Source of the DNA: an uncultured delta proteobacterium
Lineage (GTDB): Bacteria > Myxococcota_A > Polyangia > Haliangiales > Haliangiaceae
Assembly (NCBI GenBank): GCA_963848295.1
Contig: CAWKDB010000002.1
Coordinates: 896,001 to 960,000 of the forward strand
Length of the DNA stretch: 64,000 nucleotides
Reading direction: 5' to 3'
Every line of letters starts with the position of its first letter. Within the stretch, counting starts at the first letter, position 1. The position numbers and the translations under genes were made by a program. Shown piece after piece: positions 1 through 10,212 of this stretch. The notes beneath the pieces were generated by a model. It did not search any database and was not told the DNA's origin. It was given only the letters and a program-made list of their open reading frames with translations.

Positions 1-500
1 CGGCGTGCCACGGGATGGGCACGACCGCGGTCGGCTTGCGGTTCGAAGAGAATGTCGTCCACGTCTGCCATTGCGGCGACTCGCGCGCGTATCTGTTGCG
101 CAACGGCATGCTGTCTCAGCTCACGCGCGATCACTCGCTGCGCAATCTGTATCAAGACCGGCCCGATCTGGTGGGCACGCTCGGCCCGGCGACGTCGAAC
201 GTGATCATTCGCGCGGTCGGGCTCGATGCGACGGTCGAGATCGAGCACAACGCGATGCCGCCCGAGCACAACGACGTCTATCTGTTGTGCTGCGACGGCC
301 TCAACGACCTCGTCGACGACTGGATGATCCGAGAGATCATGACCTCGGGAGATTCGCTCGAAGTGGTAGCGGAAAACCTGATCCGCGCCGCCAACAACAA
401 TGGCGGCACCGATAACATCACGGTCGTGCTGGCCCAGACGTTCGTCGATCCGCTGTGGGTCCCGGCGCACTCGTATCCTCAACCGATGCAGGGTTACTGA
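1..500 (+). CDS. PP2C/PPM-family Ser/Thr protein phosphatase (5' truncated by window)
   Basis: Motifs GMGTT, HCGDSRAY, QLTRDHS, LLCCDGL and GGTDNITVV; the frame is open to the window edge. Confidence 0.93.
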   Translation, partial: ACHGMGTTAVGLRFEENVVHVCHCGDSRAYLLRNGMLSQLTRDHSLRNLYQDRPDLVGTLGPATSNVIIRAVGLDATVEIEHNAMPPEHNDVYLLCCDGLNDLVDDWMIREIMTSGDSLEVVAENLIRAANNNGGTDNITVVLAQTFVDPLWVPAHSYPQPMQGY

Positions 501-1600
501 TGCGGATCACGGCCATCGCGCTCGCTACGCTCGCGCTCGGCGGCTGCAATTCGCTGCTCGGGATCACCGACATCACGGTCGGCAGCGGCAGCGGCAGCGA
601 CGGGGGGATGGGCAGGTGTCTCAACGCGCCGAACGACGGCGCACTGTTCATGGGCTGCCCGGCGGCGCCGACCGGCCAGCTCACGATCCAGGCGAACATC
701 GACACCGACAACGATCCGGGCTGCGTCAAGATCGGCCAAGGCGCCGCCGCTCCGCTCGCGTGCATGATCGCCGCGAACTCGATCGTCGTGCCGACCGGCC
801 ATCACTACGTATCCGGCGGCAACGTGCTCGTGCTCGTCGCCGCCACGACGATCGACGTCCAAGGGACGCTCGACGCTTCCGGATCTCCGACGACGACGCC
901 AGTGACCGGCTCGGTGTGCAACAACGTCTCGGGCGGATCGTATGCCGCGACCGGCACCGGCGGTGGCGGTGGCGGCGGCGCGTTCGGCGATGCCAGCGGC
1001 ACCGGCGGAGCCGGAGGGACGGCGAACGCGGAGGGCGGCAATGGCGCCAGCTCGATCTCGTCGATCATCGTGGTCCGCGCGGGCTGTCCTGGTGCGCCGG
1101 GTGGCGCGTTCAATCCGTTCGGGACGACCTCGCTCGGCGGCGTTCCCGGCGGGGCGATCTACATGATCGCCGGCACGAGCGTCACGGTCGAAGCGTCCGG
1201 CATCGTGCTGGCGAACGGCGGCCCGGGCGGGGGCGCGGCGGCGAACGAAGGCGGCGGTGGCGGCGCGTCGGGTGGGCTCATCGGCTTCGACAGCTTGGTC
1301 GTCGACATCGAAGGTACGGTGACCGCGGATGGCGGCGGCGGTGGCGGCGGCGGCGGCGCGAACGATGGAGATAACGGCGGCACCGCGCAGGGCACGACCC
1401 ACGGCAACGGCTCGACGCCGGGTGGCAACGGCGGCGATGGCGAGGATGGCTTCACCTCGCCCGGGGATGGTGTCTCCGCGATGAACGGGTCCATGGGCGG
1501 CGGCGGCGGCGCGGGCGGATCGTACGGCGTCGCGTGGATCCACTCGCCGGCATCGAGCATCGGCGACGCGTCGATCGACCCGCCGCCGGTTCAGAACTGA
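500..1600 (+). CDS. Gly-rich lipoprotein
   Basis: ATG overlaps the phosphatase stop (TGATG); lipobox LALGG-C; Cys-containing N-domain followed by GGGGG/GGxG repeats. Confidence 0.75.
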   Translation: MRITAIALATLALGGCNSLLGITDITVGSGSGSDGGMGRCLNAPNDGALFMGCPAAPTGQLTIQANIDTDNDPGCVKIGQGAAAPLACMIAANSIVVPTGHHYVSGGNVLVLVAATTIDVQGTLDASGSPTTTPVTGSVCNNVSGGSYAATGTGGGGGGGAFGDASGTGGAGGTANAEGGNGASSISSIIVVRAGCPGAPGGAFNPFGTTSLGGVPGGAIYMIAGTSVTVEASGIVLANGGPGGGAAANEGGGGGASGGLIGFDSLVVDIEGTVTADGGGGGGGGGANDGDNGGTAQGTTHGNGSTPGGNGGDGEDGFTSPGDGVSAMNGSMGGGGGAGGSYGVAWIHSPASSIGDASIDPPPVQN

Positions 1601-2548
1601 CCGGACAATGTCAGCCCGGCTTCGTGCTCGCTCGCGTGCGGAGCGATCGCGACGCCGCGCTCGGCCCATGACGGCGCGGTGACCCACAGGACGACGCCGG
1701 CGACCGCCGCAACCGCCCCGCCGACGACGAAGATCGTCGAGAGATTGCCGTCGCCGCGCGCGGTCGACGCGAGCGAGCTCGCCTGATCGGCCTTCGTCTG
1801 GTCCGGACAGACCGTGCCGCCGCAAACCGCCTTCGCGTCGGTCCACTTGCTGCTCGCGAGCGATCCGAACACCATGCCGGTGGCGACGGCGACACCACCT
1901 ACGATCGTGACCGCGATGCCGACCTTCTTGCGCGCGCTATGAGCCGGCACGAGGGTGGGCTGGGCGACGCCGATCGCGCCGTGCTGCGGTTGCTGCTGCT
2001 CGTGTGCCGCCCGCGCCGCGGCCTCGCCGGTCGGCTCGAGTCGGATCGAGATCGGCGTAGTGTTGCCGGCCACGCCTTCGATGTCCTTGTGCCACGGCTT
2101 GACGTCGGTGCCGCTCGCTTCGATCGCGTGAGAACCGCTGTCGACCGGTTGCTCCTTGCCGAGGTCGGCGGTGATGTCGCCCCCGTCGAGCGTGACGACC
2201 AGCCCCTTCGGCGGATCGACGACCTCGATCTTGAGCTTCGGCAGGCGCAGCCACAGCGCGTCGGCGAGCTTGGCCGACTTGCTCTGGCGCGCTCCGTTGG
2301 TGTCGTGATCGGCGAGGTCGCGATAGATCGCCCACGCCGTCGCGATCTTGCCGATCTTCTCGTCGCAATGCGCGATGTTGAACTGAGTGCCGAGCTGTGG
2401 ATCGAGGCGCTGGCTGTCTTCGAATGCGGCGCACGCCTCGGCAAACTTTCCAGCTTTGAGAAACTCGCGACCCTTCTTGAACGCGACATCAGCCGGGCTA
2501 GGCCCGGCGTGAGCGGTGGCGGCGGCGAGCACGCAGACCAGGAGGACG

Positions 2549-2577
<29 letters not shown>
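1591..2577 (-). CDS. Secreted/membrane TPR protein with PEGA-like domain
   Basis: Signal-like N-terminus (AATAHA), TPR 'FKKGREFLKAGKFAEACAAFEDSQRLDP', C-terminal hydrophobic segments ending 'LSGQF'; typical partner of myxobacterial kinases. Confidence 0.8.
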
Positions 2578-3985
<1,408 letters not shown>

Positions 3986-4083
3986 AGCGTTACACGCGCG
4001 CGTCACAGTCTCAACTCGGTTGAGGATTCGTCCACATGGCACGCTGCGTGGCACACGCACCTACACGAGGCTCGAGCCGGCGG

Positions 4084-4500
4084 TCAGCCCGCGGCGCGAC
4101 GCAGCTGCGCGGCCATGTCCGAAAACCGGCCGAGTCGCGCGTAGACCCGCGCGAGCCCCGACGCTACGCGCGCTTCGAACCCGGGGGTCTGACCGGCTTG
4201 TAGAAACGCCTCTTCAGCGCCGAAGAAATCGCCACCCATGACGAGCACGTCACCGAGAGTCGCGAGCATCGCCGCGGCCGAGATCCTCGAGCTCGCGCGA
4301 CCGAGGCCGGCGCGCAAGATCGTCTGTGCGCGGGGACAGTCGCCCGCCTTTGCAAGTGCGACGGCATACGCGACGCGCGCGTTGCCGAAGCTCGGCGCGA
4401 GCTCGAGTGCGGCGCGCAACGATTCTTGCGCGCTGTCGAGATCTCCATTGTCGAGCGCTTGCTTGCCGCGCTCGTAGTAGCGCCGCGCGACCGAGCTCAA
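4084..4500 (-). CDS. Small TPR protein
   Basis: TPR-like helices 'YYERGKQALDNGDLDSAQESLRAALELAPSFGNARVAYAVAL'; TTG overlaps the upstream stop. Confidence 0.8.
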   Translation of the reverse strand: MSSVARRYYERGKQALDNGDLDSAQESLRAALELAPSFGNARVAYAVALAKAGDCPRAQTILRAGLGRASSRISAAAMLATLGDVLVMGGDFFGAEEAFLQAGQTPGFEARVASGLARVYARLGRFSDMAAQLRRAAG

Positions 4501-5110
4501 TCCAGCTCCAGCAGCGAGAACCGCGCGGAGGCGTCGTCGCCGGTGCCTTCCGGTTTGTCAGGGCTTGGCGCCGCCGGCGCTGCTGAATTCGCCGGCGCCG
4601 GCGCGACGGGCGCGGCCGGAGCGGCAGCTGGTGGCACCGCGCCCCCGGGCGTCGCGGTCGGTGCACCGCGCATCGACAAGCCGCGCACCGGTGGCGGCGC
4701 TGCAAGAGGTGCAGCTGCCGGCGCGGGCGGCCGTTGCTGCAACGTGGTCTCGACCACGCGTACGCCGGCCGCCGGACGCGGCATCTCTGCGGCTTGCAGT
4801 GGCTGGCGCCCCGCGACGAGCGGCTGCATCACCCCGCCGACCCGAACGCTGACCGTGTCGCCGTCGACCGTGAACATCGCGAGCTCGGGGAAATCGAACC
4901 GGGTCTGCAGCGCACTGATCACCTGCGCGAACGTCTGGCCCTGCAGATCCGCGAGCGTCTCGGCCTGATGCACGAGCATCGGGGGGGGCCCTCGACGACG
5001 TACTCCTTGACCACGAACGTCAGGATCTCGAGCAGCGCTTCGCGACCCATCTCGGCAAACGCATCCCGCACGTTGCTGGCGAGGTCGCGAAGGTCGGGCC
5101 GAGAGGGCAT
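4497..5110 (-). CDS. Hypothetical protein, frameshifted at the G8 run 4981-4988; ends ...SARFSLLELD
   Basis: The N-part (MPSRPDLRDLASNVRDAF...EYVVEGPP) continues in another frame (PPMLVHQAETL...) exactly at the homopolymer. Confidence 0.65.
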
Positions 5111-5125
5111 AGGCGAAGCGTATCG

Positions 5126-5806
5126 CTATAGCGTCGCGCCGTCGAGGTCGATGCCGTTGGTCTGACAACCGACAAACCGGACGCCGGTGAGGTCGGCGGT
5201 GCACAGGTTGACGCCGCGCAGATCGCACTTCACGAACGAAGCGCCGCGCAGGACCGCGCCGTACATATTGGCGCGCTTGAAGTCGACTTCGAACAGCGCC
5301 GCCCCGGTCCAGTCGGTGCGCGACAGCGACACGGTCGCTTGCTCGTAACCCTCGAACGCGACCTTGATCAGCACCGCGCCCGCGAAGTCAGCCGAGTACA
5401 GCTCGCTGTCTTTGAACGTCGTGTCTTGAATCCGCGCGCGATGGAATCGAACCCGAGCCATGCGCACCGGCCCGAGCTCGCAGCGCAGCAGCTGTGCGCC
5501 CGAGAAATCCAGCTCCGTCAGATCACAATCCTTCGCGCGCACGCGATTCCACAACGCGCCCTTCCACTGCGACGTGCGCAAGTCGCTCATCGTGAGCTCG
5601 GCGCGCTCGAGGCGCGAGTCGTCGGCATCGGCGCCGCGCAGATCGAGGCGATCGAGCGTCACGCCGTCGAGATCGACAGAGCGCAAGCCGACCGACGGCG
5701 CCGCGAAGCCCGCGACCGTGCGGCCGGCGAGCTCGTTCTCGGCGACCAGCCGTTCGAGCTGCACGCGCGATTGCACGACGCCGGCGTCTGCGCTGGTGTC
5801 ACTCAC
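5126..5806 (-). CDS. Pentapeptide repeat protein
   Basis: Regular A(D/N)Lxx-like pentads, e.g. LRGADADDSRLERAELTMSDLR, ANMYGAVLRGASFVKCDLRGVNL. Confidence 0.9.
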   Translation of the reverse strand: MSDTSADAGVVQSRVQLERLVAENELAGRTVAGFAAPSVGLRSVDLDGVTLDRLDLRGADADDSRLERAELTMSDLRTSQWKGALWNRVRAKDCDLTELDFSGAQLLRCELGPVRMARVRFHRARIQDTTFKDSELYSADFAGAVLIKVAFEGYEQATVSLSRTDWTGAALFEVDFKRANMYGAVLRGASFVKCDLRGVNLCTADLTGVRFVGCQTNGIDLDGATL

Positions 5807-5824
5807 GATAGCGATCGTAGCGCG

Positions 5825-6463
5825 TTACGCGCGCCGCAACACGCCGTTGCGCATGAACCCATCGCGCAACGTCTCGCCGAGCATCGCCATCGCGCGCTCC
5901 TTGAGCTTCTCGATCATGTCGCGGCGCTGTTCCTCCGCCGCGACCCGGTCCGCGCCCGCATTCGCCGCTGCGCGGGTATCGGAGCTCGCGCTGCCTTGCT
6001 CTTCGGCCAGAACATCCGCTTCGACCGCCTCGGCTTCCGCTTCGTGCTCCTCGGCGAACGGCATCGCGCCCGCGCCGGAGGCTTTGCGATGGAGACCGCG
6101 CGCCTGCTGTGCGACGTGGGTGAGCTCGTGACCGAGCAGCGCTTGGCCGGACGCGGACGCCATCGACTTGTCGGGCGAGTTGCCCATCAAGATCATGCCG
6201 GTGCCACCGACCGTGACGGCGTACGCGTTGCGCTGCTTGTTGAACTCTTCGGCGAACTCGCCGGTGTAGATCCGGACGTGCGAGAGGTCGACGCCGAACC
6301 GCTTCTCGTAGCGCGAGCGCACGGTGTGATCGAGCGACTCGCCCTTGCCCGCGCGCTTCGAGATGATGCGCAGCAGACGCTCGGGATCGTACTTCTTCGC
6401 GAGCTCGTCGGTGAGGTCGGATTCAGGCGTGTCGCCCGGCTGCGCTTGATCGGAATCCGCCAC
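5825..6463 (-). CDS. DUF4157 (eCIS-associated, zincin-like HExxH) protein
   Basis: 'GESLDHTVRSRYEKRFGVDLSHVRIYTG...AYAVTVGG...LLGHELTHVAQQ' matches the DUF4157 consensus. Confidence 0.9.
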   Translation of the reverse strand: MADSDQAQPGDTPESDLTDELAKKYDPERLLRIISKRAGKGESLDHTVRSRYEKRFGVDLSHVRIYTGEFAEEFNKQRNAYAVTVGGTGMILMGNSPDKSMASASGQALLGHELTHVAQQARGLHRKASGAGAMPFAEEHEAEAEAVEADVLAEEQGSASSDTRAAANAGADRVAAEEQRRDMIEKLKERAMAMLGETLRDGFMRNGVLRRA

Positions 6464-6482
6464 TTGGTTCTACGATCTTACG

Positions 6483-6716
6483 CTAGGTGCCGTCGCCAGA
6501 TTCCCCCGACCCGCCGCCCTGCCACGTCGATACGTAACCCTCTGATTGTTCGTAGTATTCTGACGTCTTCTGCTGGTCGACGACCGCCGCATCGCCGCCG
6601 AGCGCCTGCTCGAGGAACTTGGTCTCGCCGAGGCAGCTGCCGCCCTTGACGCCCTTGATCTCGAACGTCACCTCGCCCTTCGCGTTGATGACGATCTCGA
6701 TGTCTTGCTTCCTCAT
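6483..6716 (-). CDS. DUF2997 family protein (77 aa)
   Basis: 'IEIVINAKGEVTFEIKGVKGGSCLGETKFLEQALG...KTSEYY'; ATG at 6716 overlaps the DUF1257 stop. Confidence 0.85.
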   Translation of the reverse strand: MRKQDIEIVINAKGEVTFEIKGVKGGSCLGETKFLEQALGGDAAVVDQQKTSEYYEQSEGYVSTWQGGGSGESGDGT

Positions 6717-7120
6717 TCGCTCACCCACTTTCTGACGACGAGCCGGATCGAGCCGTCCTCCTCGTTGACCTCTTCTTCGACGGCGTAGCCCTTCTCTTCG
6801 CAGGCCTGTTTGACGTTGTGATACTGGTATTTTTGCGACAGCGTGTCCTTGAACTCGGCCTCCGACACGCCCTTGGTCGTCTCGACTCCCCACCAGTCGG
6901 CGACGATGTCGTAGGTGCCGTCCTGGTTGTCGACGACGCCGACGTCGTAGCGCCCCATGTCGATGCACATCGCGGCCTGCAGCTTGTCGCCGCGGTAGCC
7001 GCGCACGCTCACGGTCTGGCCTTGCTCGGCCTCGGTGAACTTGAGCTGCATGTCGGCGAGCGCCTTTTTGAGCGCCGCCAGGTTCGTCATCTTGAGAGCG
7101 CACTTCGTGAAATGCGACAT
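6713..7120 (-). CDS. DUF1257 (Ycf35-like) protein
   Basis: 'MSHFT...LKKALADM...VRGYRG...YDIVADWWG...QKY...EDGSIRLVVRKW' signature. Confidence 0.9.
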   Translation of the reverse strand: MSHFTKCALKMTNLAALKKALADMQLKFTEAEQGQTVSVRGYRGDKLQAAMCIDMGRYDVGVVDNQDGTYDIVADWWGVETTKGVSEAEFKDTLSQKYQYHNVKQACEEKGYAVEEEVNEEDGSIRLVVRKWVSE

Positions 7121-7243
7121 TCGGTCGTCTCAGTATACGCAGTTTCCGGCGCGAGGCTCCCCGGGCGTCGGTACAGGTCGCGAGCGAGCTCAAACGAGCT
7201 GAGCGACACGCAACCGGTGCGGGGTGTGGCCGATAGCGGCGAC

Positions 7244-7906
7244 ATGCCGATGTCTCTCCACAGGGGCAGTTTCGATCGTGGATTCGATGCGTTTGTAGCC
7301 GCGACCCTCGGTGCCCTGCACCGCGAGCTGGAGGCGGTGGCTACGCGCTACGTCGAGCCGCGGCCAAACGTGGGAGCGCGGCGCGGCCTCTCGCTGGCGA
7401 TGTCGGCCGGCGAGAGCGCGTACGGATTCGCGATCGGAGCGATCGCGGCTGCGGTGATGCACGCCGCTCGCACGTGGCTCGGTGACGCGGCATCCACCAC
7501 CGCGGCGCACACGCTGGCCGAGCTGACCGAGCCGGCACCGCGCGCGGATCCACCACGTTATCTCGCCGACGCCGAGGCTCGGCCGCTCGTCGAACGGTTC
7601 GCCGCTCACGTATCGATGCGGTTAGCGACCGCGCGTCGCGACCTCGAACTGATTGCCGCCGCCGTCGTCGCCTCAGCGCCCGAGCGGTCGCGTGCGATCG
7701 CGATGATGTTCGATGAGCTGAGCCGCGACGGCCGGATCGCAGAGCGATTTCGCGGCGAGCTCGGAGCTGGGCTCAGTCACCTCGCTCTCGCCGTCGGCGA
7801 CGACTGCACGCCAGCGGCGAGCTCGGCGCTGTGGTGCGAGTGGTCGCGGCTCGTCCGCGGCAAGCGCGATCAAGGATCCAGACCATACATCGTCGTTGTC
7901 GGCTAG
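7244..7906 (+). CDS. Hypothetical helical protein
   Basis: Open frame filling the gap on the opposite strand with natural-looking composition from ATG 7244; no recognised motif. Confidence 0.5.
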   Translation: MPMSLHRGSFDRGFDAFVAATLGALHRELEAVATRYVEPRPNVGARRGLSLAMSAGESAYGFAIGAIAAAVMHAARTWLGDAASTTAAHTLAELTEPAPRADPPRYLADAEARPLVERFAAHVSMRLATARRDLELIAAAVVASAPERSRAIAMMFDELSRDGRIAERFRGELGAGLSHLALAVGDDCTPAASSALWCEWSRLVRGKRDQGSRPYIVVVG

Positions 7907-8258
7907 CCGGGACGCCGGCGTGGGCAGCCGCCGGCGTGACTGAGCTGCCGCTCGGTGCGTGAGCCGCCAAAGCATCGCGCGGACTTGGTCGAGCCTGTGG
8001 TCGACGTGCGCGAAGTCGGCGGCCGAGATGTAGCGGCGCGCCTAGGCGACGCGGAGAACGGCGGTGAGCTCGCCGGCGCTGCCTGCGGCTCGGCGGCGAC
8101 CCATTGCAGACGTCGGTCGATCAACTCCGCGGCGGTCGTCGGCACACGTCGGCGGCCCTCAGCGCTCGGCGCGGGACGGGCGCGCGAGCGGCGCGAGGGC
8201 GAACGAACGCCGCCCACGAACCGACTGCGAGCGAGCCATCGTCGCCGCTGACTCCTGC

Positions 8259-8330
8259 CCGCCGCCGCTGCCGTCGCCGCTGCCGCTGCCGTTGCCGCTG
8301 CCGCTGCCGCTACCGCTACCGCTGTCGCTG
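8259..8330. repeat. Imperfect hexamer microsatellite (GCCGCT)n, intergenic
   Basis: About 11 degenerate copies of GCCGCT/ACCGCT. Confidence 0.75.
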
Positions 8331-8387
8331 AGCCTGCCCCGCGACGGCCCCACACCTGCATTACCTCTCGCCCAAGAGGTGTGTGTC

Positions 8388-8540
8388 ATGCGCTCGTATC
8401 GAATCGCCGGCCTGATCGTTTTCATCGCGTTTGCTTCAGGATGCTTCTGGCACCACCGCCGCTATGATCGCGATCGCGACCGGCGCGTCGACGTGCGCGT
8501 GGTGCACCACGACGATCACCACGACGACCACGGGCGCTGA
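8388..8540 (+). CDS. 50-aa His/Asp/Arg-rich small lipoprotein
   Basis: SD-like AAGAGGT upstream; signal peptide with lipobox FASG-C; mature part FWHHRRYDRDRDRRVDVRVVHHDDHHDDHGR. Confidence 0.65.
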   Translation: MRSYRIAGLIVFIAFASGCFWHHRRYDRDRDRRVDVRVVHHDDHHDDHGR

Positions 8541-8594
8541 CCTCGCGTAAGCGGGCGCGTCGATCGAGCGCGGGCGCTCGGTCGAGCAGATCGG

Positions 8595-10208
8595 CTACAG
8601 CTCGATCTTGCGATCGTCGTCGGAAGGCTCGGGGCCCTTGTCGCCGAGGTTCGCGGTCGGCGCGCCGTAGCGCGCCATCCAGCCGTCTTTCTTCGCCGAC
8701 TTTCCACCGCGAGACGACGCCATGCGCGCCCGGGTGCGAGCCCACTCGCGCATCTGCTCGATCATCTCGCGCATCGTGATCGCCAGCGGCACGATCTCGC
8801 CACATGTCTTCGCGAGCGCCTCGGTCGTCAGGTCGTTGCCGGTGTCGAACGCGTCGTACAACGCGGCGATCACCGCTTGCTCAAGCTCGGCGCCGGAGTA
8901 ATCGACCGTCGCGTCGATCAGCTTGTCCATGTCGAACTGGCCGGGGTCGCGCTTCTTCTTGCGCAGGTGAATGTCGAGGATCTGGCGGCGATCCTCGCGA
9001 TCCGGCAGGTCGCAGAAGAAGATCTCGTCGAACCGGCCCTTGCGCAGCAGCTCGGGCGGTAGCTGGTGGACGTTGTTCGCGGTCGCGATCACGAACACCG
9101 GCGTGGTCTTTTCCTGCAACCAGGTGATGAACGACGCGAACACGCGCGAGGTCGTCCCGCCGTCGGTCGAGCCCGACGACTGCGTCCCCGAGAAGCCTTT
9201 CTCCAATTCGTCGATCCACAGGATCGCCGGCGCGATCGCCTCGGCGGTCTTGATCACCGAGCGCATGTTCTCCTCGGAGGAGCCGACGAGGCCGCCGAAG
9301 ATCTTGCCGACATCGAGGCGCAGGAGCGGCATCTGCCACAGCGCGCCGACCGCCTTCGCGGTCAACGACTTGCCGGTGCCGGGCACGCCGATCAGCAAGA
9401 TGCCCTTCGGCAGCGGCAGGCCGAAGTCCTTCGCGCGCGAGCCGAACGCGCTGCGCCGCTTGACCAGCCAGTCCTTGAGGATCTCCATGCCGCCGACGTC
9501 GGAGAACTCTTCGCGATGCTCGTAGTACTCGAGCAGGCCGCTCTTGCGAATGATCTGCTTCTTTTCTTCCAGAATCGTTTCCAGATCGAATGTGTGGGTG
9601 CGCACGGCGCTCTTGGCGAACACGTTCTCCGCCTCGACCAACGTCAGGCCGAGCGCGCCTTCGACGACGTGCTCCATGAACGTCGGATCGCTCTCGATGA
9701 CTTGTTGAGTCGCGGCAGGGAGGTTCGGCAACACCTTGCGCGCCGCCTGCTCGATCTCGGAGCGATTCGGCAGCTCCCAGTCGAGCACCGCCGAGATGCT
9801 CTTCTCGAGCTCTGGGGGAATCTTCGTGACCGGCGACAGCACGAGCAAGCTCTTCTTGGTCTTGCGCAGCTCGGTCGCCGCGTCGCGCAGGCGGCGCACG
9901 ACCGCCGGCTCCTTGAGGAACGGATGGAAGTCGCGCAGCACGAACAAGGCGCGCCCTTCGCTGCGCAGCACGTGATCGAGCGCCTTCATCGGATCCTTGA
10001 CGTCGCGAGTGCCCTGCCCGTTCGCGATCGTCTTGAACCCCTCGGTGATCGACCAGACCTCGAGCCGCATCTCGCGCTCGACGCACAGCTTGCGCAGCGA
10101 TTCCTCGACGCGCTGCTCCTCGGGCGAGCTGATCCAGATCAGCGAATACCGCGCCTTGATCAGATCCTCGATCTCACTCTTGCTGCTGCGCTTGTGTTCG
10201 ATGGTCAT
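8595..10208 (-). CDS. Ycf46-family AAA+ ATPase
   Basis: Degenerate N-terminal AAA ('LIKARYSLIWISSPEEQRV', 'LRDFHPFL'), 'EEKKQIIRKSGLLEY', Walker A GVPGTGKS, Walker B LWIDELEK, SRH 'LPPELLRKGRFDE'. Confidence 0.92.
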   Translation of the reverse strand: MTIEHKRSSKSEIEDLIKARYSLIWISSPEEQRVEESLRKLCVEREMRLEVWSITEGFKTIANGQGTRDVKDPMKALDHVLRSEGRALFVLRDFHPFLKEPAVVRRLRDAATELRKTKKSLLVLSPVTKIPPELEKSISAVLDWELPNRSEIEQAARKVLPNLPAATQQVIESDPTFMEHVVEGALGLTLVEAENVFAKSAVRTHTFDLETILEEKKQIIRKSGLLEYYEHREEFSDVGGMEILKDWLVKRRSAFGSRAKDFGLPLPKGILLIGVPGTGKSLTAKAVGALWQMPLLRLDVGKIFGGLVGSSEENMRSVIKTAEAIAPAILWIDELEKGFSGTQSSGSTDGGTTSRVFASFITWLQEKTTPVFVIATANNVHQLPPELLRKGRFDEIFFCDLPDREDRRQILDIHLRKKKRDPGQFDMDKLIDATVDYSGAELEQAVIAALYDAFDTGNDLTTEALAKTCGEIVPLAITMREMIEQMREWARTRARMASSRGGKSAKKDGWMARYGAPTANLGDKGPEPSDDDRKIEL

Positions 10209-10212
10209 GACA

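Noticed and set aside
4030..4060. Sigma-54 promoter at the TGGCAC repeats
   Set aside because: No TTGC at the required -12 spacing, and the orientation is opposite to the adjacent kinase gene.
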